Under the pieces are notes generated by a model. It saw only the letters and a list, made by a program, of their open reading frames with translations, ran no database searches and was not told the origin of the DNA. This document shows positions 23,394 to 32,601 of a stretch of 43,643 bases of DNA, one piece after another. A program made the translations under genes and the position numbers. The DNA is from Clostridiaceae bacterium (GTDB lineage: Bacteria > Bacillota > Clostridia > Oscillospirales > Acutalibacteraceae), in NCBI GenBank assembly GCA_904501895.1, contig CAJGCX010000001.1:1-43643 (forward strand). Direction: 5' to 3'. How positions within the stretch are numbered: position 1 is the stretch's first letter; each line of letters begins with the position of its first letter.

Positions 23394-23469
23394 TGGTCGG
23401 AGTGACAGGAGTCGAACCTGCGGCATCCACATCCCAAATGTGGCGCGCTACCAGCTGCGCTACACCCCG
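23394..23469 (-). tRNA. tRNA-Pro (anticodon UGG), CCA encoded
   Basis: The minus strand reads CGGGGTGTAGCGCAGCTGGTAGCGCGCCACATTTGGGATGTGGATGCCGCAGGTTCGACTCCTGTCACTCCGACCA. It folds into a cloverleaf by hand, with a 7-bp acceptor stem (one G-U), a D arm GCGC/GCGC, an anticodon stem CCACA/TGTGG, loop TTTGGGA, and T loop TTCGACT. Confidence 0.92.
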
Positions 23470-23497
23470 AAGTATGCTGTTTTTCGTCAGCTTTGAT

Positions 23498-23526
23498 AGT
23501 ATATACCATTTTGTTTTATTTGTCAA
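23498..23526 (-). promoter_or_regulatory. Putative sigma-A promoter of tRNA-Pro
   Basis: On the minus strand: TTGACA (23526-23521), a 17-nt spacer, then TATACT (23503-23498), about 28 nt upstream of the mature 5' end. Confidence 0.5.
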
Positions 23527-23606
23527 TAACTAATTTTCAAAAAAATGCAAAAAACTTGAAATATTTTTTTATTCTATGTAAGTGTTAAACATACTGTCGT
23601 TTTTAA

Positions 23607-23635
23607 TTGACAAAAATATAAAAATATCGTAGAAT
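23607..23635 (+). promoter_or_regulatory. Putative sigma-A promoter of the 23676 gene
   Basis: TTGACA, a 17-nt spacer, then TAGAAT. Confidence 0.45.
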
Positions 23636-23675
23636 TAATTATTATGATATTTAATATAAAAAGGAGAGAAATGGA

Positions 23676-24641
23676 ATGGCGAAGAAAATTTTAACTCCGG
23701 AACAGGCTGAAATTAAAAATATTAAAAAAGAGGCAAATTCATCACGCTTTTCAGGTGTACTTGCAGTAGTGCTTGCTGCTGTTATTGCTATTGGTGCTGT
23801 GTCTTTCGGTAAGTCAACATCAGAGGACTTGATTCTTCAGTCAGGTGGTGTTGTACAGGGCGATGAGTCAAACGGGAATAATAATTCTTCAGATGATGTC
23901 GTAATCGATGAGGAGACAGGTGAGATTATCACTGATTCTTCAAATTCTGATATTGGTGGAGAAGATGCGCCAACTGATGAAAATGCACAGGAAGAGGAGA
24001 CTGCTCCTAATCGTGAGCTTCCTGCAGACCCTGCTGAATGGACAAAGGCTGAAATCGTGGATTATTATAAAAAGGCTTGTAATAATTCAAAGGATGTAAA
24101 GTCAATCCAGAAAATGACAATGAGAGAAAATTTCACTGCAAGACTTGATAATGATGCGTGGAATTTCGCAATCGATATGGCGTTACCTATTATCAGAACA
24201 GCACTTAAGGCAAATTCTACTGAATTTGACGGTATTACAGGTGGTTATAATGACCTTGTACCATCTGATGTAAAGAGTGCAAAGGCTTATAAGGATGGTA
24301 AGGATACAATTATTGAAATGACACTTGTTGAGCAGAAGGATGACGCTTACGGTGATACATTCAAGGGCACAGTTGGTCACGGTATTTCTGTTGTAGGTAA
24401 TATTGCAGTAGTTGCTGACAATTTCCCTGATTGGGAAATCGGATTTGACACAGCATTCCTTGAACTTCATTACAAGAATCCTGTCATTAAGGTAAGAATT
24501 AATGAAAAGGGCGTTATTGTAAATGGTACATGGAGTTATGTTGTCCATATTACTGTAAAGGACTTGAGAATTGCAAAGGTAGTTCTTGAGTACGCAGAAG
24601 GCGACGTTGATTATCTTATCACAACAGGCGGCGGCTTCTAA
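23676..24641 (+). CDS. Hypothetical membrane-anchored protein (N-terminal TM, acidic low-complexity linker, globular C-terminal domain)
   Basis: The 321-aa ORF has RBS AAGGAGAG, a TM helix VLAVVLAAVIAIGAVSF and a D/E/N/S-rich linker. Confidence 0.65.
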   Translation: MAKKILTPEQAEIKNIKKEANSSRFSGVLAVVLAAVIAIGAVSFGKSTSEDLILQSGGVVQGDESNGNNNSSDDVVIDEETGEIITDSSNSDIGGEDAPTDENAQEEETAPNRELPADPAEWTKAEIVDYYKKACNNSKDVKSIQKMTMRENFTARLDNDAWNFAIDMALPIIRTALKANSTEFDGITGGYNDLVPSDVKSAKAYKDGKDTIIEMTLVEQKDDAYGDTFKGTVGHGISVVGNIAVVADNFPDWEIGFDTAFLELHYKNPVIKVRINEKGVIVNGTWSYVVHITVKDLRIAKVVLEYAEGDVDYLITTGGGF

Positions 24642-24666
24642 AAATGATTTTTATATGAAATATTCT

Positions 24667-24703
24667 ATCCGAGATTCACGTTTGTGTGAGTCTCGGATTT
24701 TTA
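24667..24703 (+). terminator. Rho-independent terminator
   Basis: A roughly 13-bp stem ATCCGAGATTCAC / GTGAGTCTCGGAT is followed by TTTTT. Confidence 0.75.
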
Positions 24704-24747
24704 TATGTTTATAGGCCTGTTTCTGAGTAGTTTTTCCACTAAAAGCC

Positions 24748-24776
24748 TTGAAAACAAAGGGAAGAAATGGTATAAT
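24748..24776 (+). promoter_or_regulatory. Putative sigma-A promoter of recJ (extended -10)
   Basis: TTGAAA, a 17-nt spacer whose 3' end is TGG (extended -10 TG), then TATAAT (TGGTATAAT at 24768-24776). Confidence 0.55.
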
Positions 24777-24825
24777 GATAAATTAGTAAATTGTGATTAA
24801 TTTCAAGACGAAAGGGGCGAAGACA

Positions 24826-26868
24826 ATGAGTAGAAAAAAATGGCTTACTGCACATATTGATAAGGAATTGGCAGCGCAGGTTGCCGAAAATCATAGTCTT
24901 GACCCTTTTACTGCTCTTATATTAGTGTCCCGTGGAATTACGGAATATGAGGATGTTGAAGAATTTTTTGATTGTGATTTCAGCTTCTGTGACCCATATC
25001 TTATTGCAGATATGGAAAAGGCTGTTGAAAGAATCGAAAAAGCAATCAACGAAAAAGAAAAAATCTGTGTTTACGGTGACTATGATGCAGACGGTGTTAC
25101 TGCAACTGCCCTTATGTATTCATATCTTTCGTCAAGAGATGCAGATGTAATGTACTATATCCCTGATAGAATAAGTGAAGGCTACGGAATGAATTGCAAT
25201 GCAATCACATCACTTCACGAAAAAGGTGTTAAGCTTATTGTAACAGTTGACAATGGCATTTCTGCAATTGAAGAGATAAGATATGCAAATTCTCTTGGTA
25301 TTGAAACTGTCGTTACTGACCATCACCAGGTTGGCAAGATTTTGCCTGATGCAGTTGCTGTTATTGACCCGCATCGTGAGGACTGCAACCTTAATTTTAA
25401 GGATTGGGCTGGTGTCGGTGTTGCTTTTAAGGTTGTCTGTGCCCTTGAAAAGGGAGTTTATTCCGATGTTTTAAATCAATATGCTGATATTATCGCAGTT
25501 GGTACAATTGCTGACGTTGTAGACTTAAAGGATGAAAACAGAGCGATTGTAAAATATGGCGTTGCAAAAATTAATTCAAATCCGTGTAATGGCATAAATG
25601 CTCTTCGTCAGATTGCAGGCGTTGGTGAGAAAAAGCTTAATGCAGTTGGTGTTACTTATTCATTAGCACCACGAATCAACGCAGCAGGCAGAATTGAGTC
25701 TGCTGAAATGGCACTTAAGCTTTTGCTTTGTGACGATTTGATTTCAGCCTTGCAGATTGGTGAGCAGGTTGACTTGTGCAACCGTCAGCGTCACGAGTTT
25801 GAAAGTGAAATTATGGACTCAGCTGTAAAGCATATTGAAAGCAATGAGCAGTTAAAATATGCAAGAGTAATTGTTGTCTGTGGTGAAGGCTGGCATCATG
25901 GTGTAATCGGAATCGTGGCAGCGAGAATTACTGAAAAATATGGTAAGCCTACCATTGTAATCACCTTTGAGGGTGATGAGGGTACAGGCTCTGCAAGAAG
26001 TGTAAACGGATTTTCTGTTTATGATGCAATTAAATCCTGCGAGGATTTGCTTACTCATTTTGGTGGTCATACTCTTGCAGCAGGTCTTGGAATAAAGCGT
26101 GAAAATGTCCAAGAATTCTTTACTCGTATAAATGAATTTGCAGGTACTGTTCCTGATTCTGTACCAACTTTATTGTTGGATTGCAAATTAAACCCTGCAT
26201 ATATTGATGCTTCACTTGTGGAGTCTCTTGAAACACTTGAGCCTTTTGGTGCAGGTAATCCTCAGCCCCTTTTCGGTATTTTTGGTGTCAGACTTGAAAA
26301 TATCCGACCAGTCGGTGAGGGCAAGCATTTAAGACTTACTTTTGTAAAAGGAAATACTCAATTTGTGGCTATGAAATTTTCAACCACATTGGCTGAATTC
26401 CAATTCTGCGAGGGTGATACAGTTGACCTTGCAGTGCGAGTTGATAAAAATGAATTCAGAGGTGAGGTAAAAGCCTCTGTTCAGGTAAGAGATATGCGTT
26501 TTTCAGGAGTTGATGACGAAACCTTCTTTAAATCACAGCTTCTCTATGAAAAATACAAAAGACGAGAAAATCTCACTTCTCACGAAGCAAGATTTTTAAC
26601 ACCTGCAAGAGAGTTTTTGCTTGGTGTATTCAACCTTCTTAAACAGTATAAGCAATGGCAATATGACGTTGAAACTCTTATGATAAGAGCGAAATGTCCC
26701 GTTGAAAGATATTGTACAATGAGGGTGTCCCTTGATGTGCTTTGTGAAATGGGACTCATAAAATATGAAAATGAACATATTATTTTTGATGGTGATGGTA
26801 AAAAAGCAGATTTGTCACAGTCAGAAATTCTTAATAACTTAAATCAGATGCAAGGTGGTGAACAGTAA
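24826..26868 (+). CDS. recJ: Single-stranded-DNA-specific exonuclease RecJ
   Basis: The DHH-family motifs are present: VYGDYDADGVTA, VTVDNGIS and VVTDHHQ, with a DHHA1 region. The start is taken at ATG 24826 (MSRKKWL), which has an AAAGGGG RBS. The track ORF starts at GTG 24793. Confidence 0.9.
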   Translation: MSRKKWLTAHIDKELAAQVAENHSLDPFTALILVSRGITEYEDVEEFFDCDFSFCDPYLIADMEKAVERIEKAINEKEKICVYGDYDADGVTATALMYSYLSSRDADVMYYIPDRISEGYGMNCNAITSLHEKGVKLIVTVDNGISAIEEIRYANSLGIETVVTDHHQVGKILPDAVAVIDPHREDCNLNFKDWAGVGVAFKVVCALEKGVYSDVLNQYADIIAVGTIADVVDLKDENRAIVKYGVAKINSNPCNGINALRQIAGVGEKKLNAVGVTYSLAPRINAAGRIESAEMALKLLLCDDLISALQIGEQVDLCNRQRHEFESEIMDSAVKHIESNEQLKYARVIVVCGEGWHHGVIGIVAARITEKYGKPTIVITFEGDEGTGSARSVNGFSVYDAIKSCEDLLTHFGGHTLAAGLGIKRENVQEFFTRINEFAGTVPDSVPTLLLDCKLNPAYIDASLVESLETLEPFGAGNPQPLFGIFGVRLENIRPVGEGKHLRLTFVKGNTQFVAMKFSTTLAEFQFCEGDTVDLAVRVDKNEFRGEVKASVQVRDMRFSGVDDETFFKSQLLYEKYKRRENLTSHEARFLTPAREFLLGVFNLLKQYKQWQYDVETLMIRAKCPVERYCTMRVSLDVLCEMGLIKYENEHIIFDGDGKKADLSQSEILNNLNQMQGGEQ

Positions 26869-29072
26869 TGGCTGAAAATGTAAATGTTAATGTTGACGTG
26901 CAGGAGCTTTATAACAATCTTCGTAACAGAATCAAGGCAATTCATAATCCAAGTGAATTGGCGATTATCGATAAAGCATTTGCAATTGCAAACGAATGTC
27001 ACGGTGACCAGAAGCGTAGGTCAGGTGAGCCATATATTATTCATCCAATTGCTGTTTGTGACATTCTTGTTGATTTGGGTATGGATTATCAGTCCCTTGT
27101 TGCAGCACTTCTTCACGATGTTGTTGAAGATACATGCTATACAATCGAGCAATTAACTGAGGAATTCGGTGAAGAGGTTGCACTTCTTGTTGACGGTGTT
27201 ACAAAGCTTGGCCGTGTTCAGATTAATTCAGGTGATAATAAAGAGGAACAGCAGGCTGAAAATATCCGTAAAATGCTTCTTGCAATGTCAAAGGATATTC
27301 GTGTTATTATCGTTAAGCTTGCTGACCGTGTTCATAATATGAGAACACTTCAGTTTATGCCACCACAGAAGCAGAGAGATAAGGCGCTTGAAACACTTGA
27401 GATTTTTGCCCCTATTTCTCATCGCCTTGGTATCCGTTCCGTTAAGGAGGAGCTTGAGGACAGAGCGATTCGTTTTCTTGATGGTGTTGCTTATGAGGGA
27501 ATTGAAGAAAATCTTAAAAAATCAAATGATTCAGGTAACGATTTCCTTGAAGGCATAAAAACCAAAATTGCTGACAGAGTTCATCAGACTGTTCCTACTG
27601 CACAAATCAGTGGTCGAATCAAATCCGTTCACGGAATTTACCGTAAAATGTATATGCAGGGTAAACAATTTGATGAAATTTACGATATTTACGCAGTTCG
27701 TATTATTGTTGACAGCGTAATCGACTGTTATAACTGTCTCGGTATCATTCACGATATGTATAATCCGTTGCCGGGCAGATTTAAGGATTACATTTCAACA
27801 CCAAAGCCTAATATGTATCAGTCACTTCATACAACCGTTATCGGTAAAGAGGGTACTCCGTTTGAAGTGCAGATAAGAACATGGGAAATGCACCGTACAG
27901 CTGAATTCGGTATCGCAGCCCATTGGAAATATAAGCTTGGTGTTTCAGGTGGTAAGGAAAGCTTTGACCAGCGACTTCAATGGATTCGTGAAATGCTTGA
28001 AACACAGCAGGAAACAGGAGATGCAAGAGAGCTTGTTTCCACAATCAAAACCGACCTTATTACTGATGAGGTATTTGTATATACACCAAAGGGTGATGTT
28101 ATCAACGTGCCTGTAGGCTCAACTGTAATTGACTTTGCTTATGCAATTCACTCTGCAGTTGGTAATAAAATGACAGGAGCTAAGGTTGACGGACGAATTG
28201 TGCCTATTGATTATGTAATCAAAACAGGTGAAATTGTTGAAATTCTCACTTCTTCTCAGCAGGGTAAGGGTCCAAGCCGTGATTGGCTCAATATTGTAAA
28301 GACAAGTCAGGCAAAGAGTAAAATCCGTTCCTGGTTTAAAAAGGAAAAACGAGAAGAAAATATTATTGAGGGTAAGGCTGAAATCGAACGTGAATTCAGA
28401 CGAAATTATATCCGTTTGTCAGATGAGGATTATCAGAGCTTCATCAAACGCCTTGCAGAGCGTCAACGAATGGATAATGTTGATGATTTCTATGCTGCAA
28501 TCGGCTACGGTGGACTTTCAATTATCCGTATGATGCCTTACATCAAGGAAGAATATCAGAAAAACTACGATAAGAGTCGTCAGGAAATTAAGATTGTTCC
28601 TGTTAAGGATAATAGCAAGAAGAATAAAGACGGTGTTACTGTTGAGGGTATCGACAACTGCCTTATTAAATTCTCACAGTGCTGTAATCCACTTCCGGGT
28701 GACAGTATTATCGGATTTATCACACGTGGTCACGGTGTTTCAATTCATAAGAGAGATTGTACAAATGTGCCAAAGGATTTAGCAAATTGTGCAGAGCCTG
28801 CAAGATGGGTAAATGCATATTGGAATCAGAATGTCCGTGAGGAATATAAAGCAACGCTTCAGCTTACCTGCCTTTCACGAGTTGGTCTTATGGCAGAGGT
28901 TGCAATGCAGGTTGCAAATATGCGAGTTAATATTACAAGCATCAGTACTCATGAAATGAAAGATGGCAGAGCGATTGTTGAGCTTACAGTTAATGTCAGC
29001 GGTCTTGACCATCTTAAGAATCTTATTAGCCGAATTGAAAAGATTGATGGTATTTTACAGGTTGAAAGATAA
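26868..29072 (+). CDS. relA: Bifunctional (p)ppGpp synthetase/hydrolase (RelA/SpoT homolog)
   Basis: The HD hydrolase domain (HPIAVCDIL...LLHDVVEDT), the synthetase domain (YRKMYMQGKQFDEIYDIYAVRIIV, KDYISTPKPNMYQSLHT), and TGS and ACT-like C-terminal domains are all present. Confidence 0.93.
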   Translation: MAENVNVNVDVQELYNNLRNRIKAIHNPSELAIIDKAFAIANECHGDQKRRSGEPYIIHPIAVCDILVDLGMDYQSLVAALLHDVVEDTCYTIEQLTEEFGEEVALLVDGVTKLGRVQINSGDNKEEQQAENIRKMLLAMSKDIRVIIVKLADRVHNMRTLQFMPPQKQRDKALETLEIFAPISHRLGIRSVKEELEDRAIRFLDGVAYEGIEENLKKSNDSGNDFLEGIKTKIADRVHQTVPTAQISGRIKSVHGIYRKMYMQGKQFDEIYDIYAVRIIVDSVIDCYNCLGIIHDMYNPLPGRFKDYISTPKPNMYQSLHTTVIGKEGTPFEVQIRTWEMHRTAEFGIAAHWKYKLGVSGGKESFDQRLQWIREMLETQQETGDARELVSTIKTDLITDEVFVYTPKGDVINVPVGSTVIDFAYAIHSAVGNKMTGAKVDGRIVPIDYVIKTGEIVEILTSSQQGKGPSRDWLNIVKTSQAKSKIRSWFKKEKREENIIEGKAEIEREFRRNYIRLSDEDYQSFIKRLAERQRMDNVDDFYAAIGYGGLSIIRMMPYIKEEYQKNYDKSRQEIKIVPVKDNSKKNKDGVTVEGIDNCLIKFSQCCNPLPGDSIIGFITRGHGVSIHKRDCTNVPKDLANCAEPARWVNAYWNQNVREEYKATLQLTCLSRVGLMAEVAMQVANMRVNITSISTHEMKDGRAIVELTVNVSGLDHLKNLISRIEKIDGILQVER

Positions 29073-29082
29073 GGAATAAAAT

Positions 29083-29544
29083 ATGAAAGCAGTAATTCAA
29101 AGAGTATCGAGAGCAAGTGTAACTGTTGACGGTGAGCTTATCTCGAAAATAGACAAGGGTTACCTTATTCTTCTTGGTGTTATGGATGATGATACTGAGG
29201 CTGATGCCGAGGTGCTTGCAAGAAAAACAGCAACACTTCGTGTTTTTGAGGATGAAGAGGGTAAAATGAACCTTGATATACAGAATGTGGATGGTGAAAT
29301 CCTTGCTGTTTCACAGTTTACACTTTGTGCAGATGTGAAAAAGGGTAATAGACCGTCATTCTGCCATTCTGCTCATCCTGACAGAGCGAATGAGCTGTAC
29401 GAATATTTTTGCAGTCAGCTTATTGCAAATGGTGTGAAAAATGTAGGAAAAGGTGTTTTCGGTGCCGATATGAAGGTTGAGCTTCTCAATGACGGTCCCG
29501 TTACAATCCTTTACGATTCAGAAATTTGGAGAAAAAAGATATGA
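29083..29544 (+). CDS. dtd: D-aminoacyl-tRNA deacylase
   Basis: The N-terminus MKAVIQRVSRASVTVDGE, the SQFTL motif and the NDGPVT near the C-terminus all fit Dtd. Confidence 0.9.
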   Translation: MKAVIQRVSRASVTVDGELISKIDKGYLILLGVMDDDTEADAEVLARKTATLRVFEDEEGKMNLDIQNVDGEILAVSQFTLCADVKKGNRPSFCHSAHPDRANELYEYFCSQLIANGVKNVGKGVFGADMKVELLNDGPVTILYDSEIWRKKI

Positions 29545-30194
29545 TTACAGTAGAAAAGCATTTAGCAGCTTTAAACGATGGATTTGAAATCAATAACTAT
29601 ATCGTCACAGATGTAGATACAGGTGAGGTAGCAGTTGTTGACCCGTCAGTACCTGATGAAAAACTCCTTGAAAAGCTCAGTGGCAAAAATGTCAAGTACG
29701 TTCTCTTGACTCACGGCCATTTTGACCATATCTGTGGTGCAAAAATGGTTAAGGATAACACAGGAGCAAAGGTTGTTATTCATAAGGAAGACGAAATTAT
29801 GCTCCATGAAACAGATAAGAATGAATTTGATATTAATTGTCAGGGTTATCCATTCCCTGAGGTTGATGCAGATATTCTTTCTGAAGATGGACTTGAATTG
29901 ATGCTCGGTAATACCAAAATAACAGTTATGCATACTCCCGGTCATTCAATGGGTGGTGTTTGCTACCTTTTTAAGGAAGATTTGGTAATGTTTTCAGGTG
30001 ACACACTTTTCCGTCTTACAGCAGGCAGAGCTGACCTTTACGGTGGCAATGGTCGTCAGGAGCTTCGTTCACTTGCAGCAATCGGTGAGTTAGAGGGTAA
30101 CTATAAGATTTATCCTGGTCATATGGAAGACACAACTCTTGATTTTGAACGTGAATATAACCGCTATATGAGAACTCGTTTCAGAAGAAAATGA
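29541..30194 (+). CDS. MBL-fold metallo-hydrolase
   Basis: It carries the HxHxDH motif (LLTHGHFDHICG) and a later HTPGHS. The start is ATG 29541, which overlaps the dtd stop (ATGA). Confidence 0.85.
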   Translation: MITVEKHLAALNDGFEINNYIVTDVDTGEVAVVDPSVPDEKLLEKLSGKNVKYVLLTHGHFDHICGAKMVKDNTGAKVVIHKEDEIMLHETDKNEFDINCQGYPFPEVDADILSEDGLELMLGNTKITVMHTPGHSMGGVCYLFKEDLVMFSGDTLFRLTAGRADLYGGNGRQELRSLAAIGELEGNYKIYPGHMEDTTLDFEREYNRYMRTRFRRK

Positions 30195-31627
30195 TTAAAC
30201 TACTTGTAATTAACCATAAATTCCATTATGAAATGGAAAAGCTTGTGAGAATTTTTATGCCTGATGTTAAAATTCAGGTCGTGTATGAATATTGTGATGA
30301 TTTTCACATTTTCACATCTGTTACTGATGAAATTAAGGTAACAATAAAATTCGATGATTTTAATAAAACACTTACTGGACCTCTCTGCGATGATAATGAA
30401 ATGCAGATGGGAAGAATGGTGTATTCACTTATGGGTGAATATACAGGCTTTTACCCTAAATGGGGTGTGCTTACAGGTGTCAGACCGTCAAAGCTTCTTA
30501 TAAATACAGAAAAGCAGATGGGCAGAGAAAAAACAGAAGAATATTTCAAAAATGACCTGCTTGTAACGGACGAAAAATTCAGAATTGCCCGTGAGGTTGC
30601 TGATTGGGAAGAAAAGATTATAAGTACAAGTAAGCCTGAGTCCTTCAGCCTTTATGTGTCAATTCCATTCTGTCCTTCAAGATGTAGCTATTGCTCATTC
30701 GTTTCTCATTCCGTTGAAAATGATAAGGCAAAAAATTTGTTGCCACAGTATGTGGACTTGCTTTCAAAGGAGCTTGAACTTACAGGGGAAATCGCGAAAA
30801 ATATTGGTGTTTCTCTTGAAAGCATTTATATCGGTGGTGGCACTCCCACAACACTTTCAGCAGAGCAGCTTGAAATTGTAATAAATGCAATTGAAAATAA
30901 TTTTGATTTGAGATTATGTCGTGAATTTACCGTTGAGGCAGGACGTCCTGATACAATTACAGAAGATAAGCTTCTTGCCCTTAAAAACAGTCCTGTTGAC
31001 AGAATCAGCATAAATCCACAGACCTTTAATAATTCTGTCCTTGAGGCAGTTGGTAGACGACATACTGCAGAGGATACAGTAAGAATTTTTGACCATGCAA
31101 GGAAAATCGGATTTGATAATATCAATATGGATTTGATTGCAGGACTTCCTACTGATTCTGTTGATGGCTTTAAACACTCACTTGATACTGCAATGGGTCT
31201 TGACCCTGAAAATATTACTGTTCATACTCTTGCTGTAAAAAGAGCATCAGGAATCGGACAGAATTCACCGAAAATTGCAGTGCAGAATGCTGCTAAAGCC
31301 TCTGAAATGCTTTCATATACTTATGAAAGATTATATGAAAAATATCATCCGTATTATATGTACCGTCAGTCAAAATCAGCAGGTAGTCTTGAAAATGTTG
31401 GCTGGGCAAAGGATAATACAGAGTGCATTTACAACATTTTTATGATGGAAGAATGTCACACAATTCTTTCCTGTGGTGGCGGTGCTGTAACAAAGCTTAA
31501 AGCACCAAAGGGTGATGAGATTGAGCGTGTGCTTAACTTCAAATATCCGTTTGAGTATATTTCAGGCTTTGATGAGTTAATGGAAAGAAAGAAAAGAATA
31601 ACTGAATTTTATAATACATACAAATAA
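30191..31627 (+). CDS. hemZ: Radical SAM coproporphyrinogen-dehydrogenase-like protein (HemZ/HemN family)
   Basis: It has the CxxxCxxC cluster motif (CPSRCSYCSF), a HemN-like GGGTP motif (YIGGGTPT) and an N-terminal extension typical of HemZ. Confidence 0.75.
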   Translation: MIKLLVINHKFHYEMEKLVRIFMPDVKIQVVYEYCDDFHIFTSVTDEIKVTIKFDDFNKTLTGPLCDDNEMQMGRMVYSLMGEYTGFYPKWGVLTGVRPSKLLINTEKQMGREKTEEYFKNDLLVTDEKFRIAREVADWEEKIISTSKPESFSLYVSIPFCPSRCSYCSFVSHSVENDKAKNLLPQYVDLLSKELELTGEIAKNIGVSLESIYIGGGTPTTLSAEQLEIVINAIENNFDLRLCREFTVEAGRPDTITEDKLLALKNSPVDRISINPQTFNNSVLEAVGRRHTAEDTVRIFDHARKIGFDNINMDLIAGLPTDSVDGFKHSLDTAMGLDPENITVHTLAVKRASGIGQNSPKIAVQNAAKASEMLSYTYERLYEKYHPYYMYRQSKSAGSLENVGWAKDNTECIYNIFMMEECHTILSCGGGAVTKLKAPKGDEIERVLNFKYPFEYISGFDELMERKKRITEFYNTYK

Positions 31628-31653
31628 ATGAATAATTTGATGAGGTATTGTAA

Positions 31654-32586
31654 ATGACAAACACAAGCAATAATGTGCAATTTATCAATGAAAAGGTGAC
31701 AGCTGACGCAAAGCAGTTTATTGAAGATTGCGAAAATGATTATCAAAGCATAATCAATAAAATTGTAAAAAGAATAATTGAAGAAGACGGTCGTGAAATC
31801 ATAATGCTTGCAGGACCTTCATCAGCAGGTAAAACAACAACTGCAAAAAGATTGAAGGAAGGCCTTATGGAAAAGGGCGTTACAACGTATATTTTAAGCC
31901 TTGATGACTTTTATCTTAATCGTGCTGATATCCCTTATCTTCCTGATGGTACTCAGGATTATGAAACTGTCGATGCACTTGACTTAGAACGACTTGAAAG
32001 GGACTTAAACTCACTTCTTCGTGGTGAAACTGTTGAAACTCCGATTTTTGATTTTACAACAGGAAAAAGAAGTGACAAGGAATTTAACACTATCACATTA
32101 GGTGATGAGGATGTTGTAATTATCGAGGGGCTTCACGCTCTTAATCCTGTTATCACAGAAAAGGTACAGGGTAAGCTTTTAAAGGTTTATATAAATGTTT
32201 CCTCAAGAATTTATGACGAAAACGGTGAAATCCTTTTAAATAAACGAAGCTTCCGTTTTTTACGCAGAATGATTCGTGATTACAAATTCCGTGCAAGCTC
32301 AGTTGATAACACATATAAGCTTTGGAAAAATGTTACAGCAGGTGAGGATAAATACCTTTTCCCATATCGTGACAATGCAGATATCAAGGGTAATACAATT
32401 CACCTTTATGAGCCTTGCGTAATAAAAAATCAGGCGTTACCACTGCTTCGTGATAGCGAGATTTCACCTGAATTTCGTGATGATGCAGAAAAGCTCTGTA
32501 AGGCTTTGGAAAGCTTTTGTAATATAAGTGAAGATGAAGTTCCTTGTGACTCATTACTTCGTGAATTTTTAGGTAATAAGAAATAG
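31654..32586 (+). CDS. Uridine kinase-like nucleoside kinase family protein
   Basis: P-loop AGPSSAGKTTTAKRL, and an LDDFY motif as in the Udk/PRK family. Confidence 0.7.
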   Translation: MTNTSNNVQFINEKVTADAKQFIEDCENDYQSIINKIVKRIIEEDGREIIMLAGPSSAGKTTTAKRLKEGLMEKGVTTYILSLDDFYLNRADIPYLPDGTQDYETVDALDLERLERDLNSLLRGETVETPIFDFTTGKRSDKEFNTITLGDEDVVIIEGLHALNPVITEKVQGKLLKVYINVSSRIYDENGEILLNKRSFRFLRRMIRDYKFRASSVDNTYKLWKNVTAGEDKYLFPYRDNADIKGNTIHLYEPCVIKNQALPLLRDSEISPEFRDDAEKLCKALESFCNISEDEVPCDSLLREFLGNKK

Positions 32587-32601
32587 AAAGGTGTGGTGAA
32601 A

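Noticed and set aside
23201-23533. Track ORFs 23201..23533 (+) and 23320..23526 (-).
   Set aside because: They span the tRNA-Pro gene, its terminator and the structured repeats. They are non-coding region artefacts.
24183-24548. A 121-aa minus-strand ORF antisense to the 23676..24641 gene, and similar antisense ORFs at 15183..15548, 22748..23035 and 29646..29945.
   Set aside because: They are antisense to genes with clear family signatures or better coding character. They have no RBS and are shadows.
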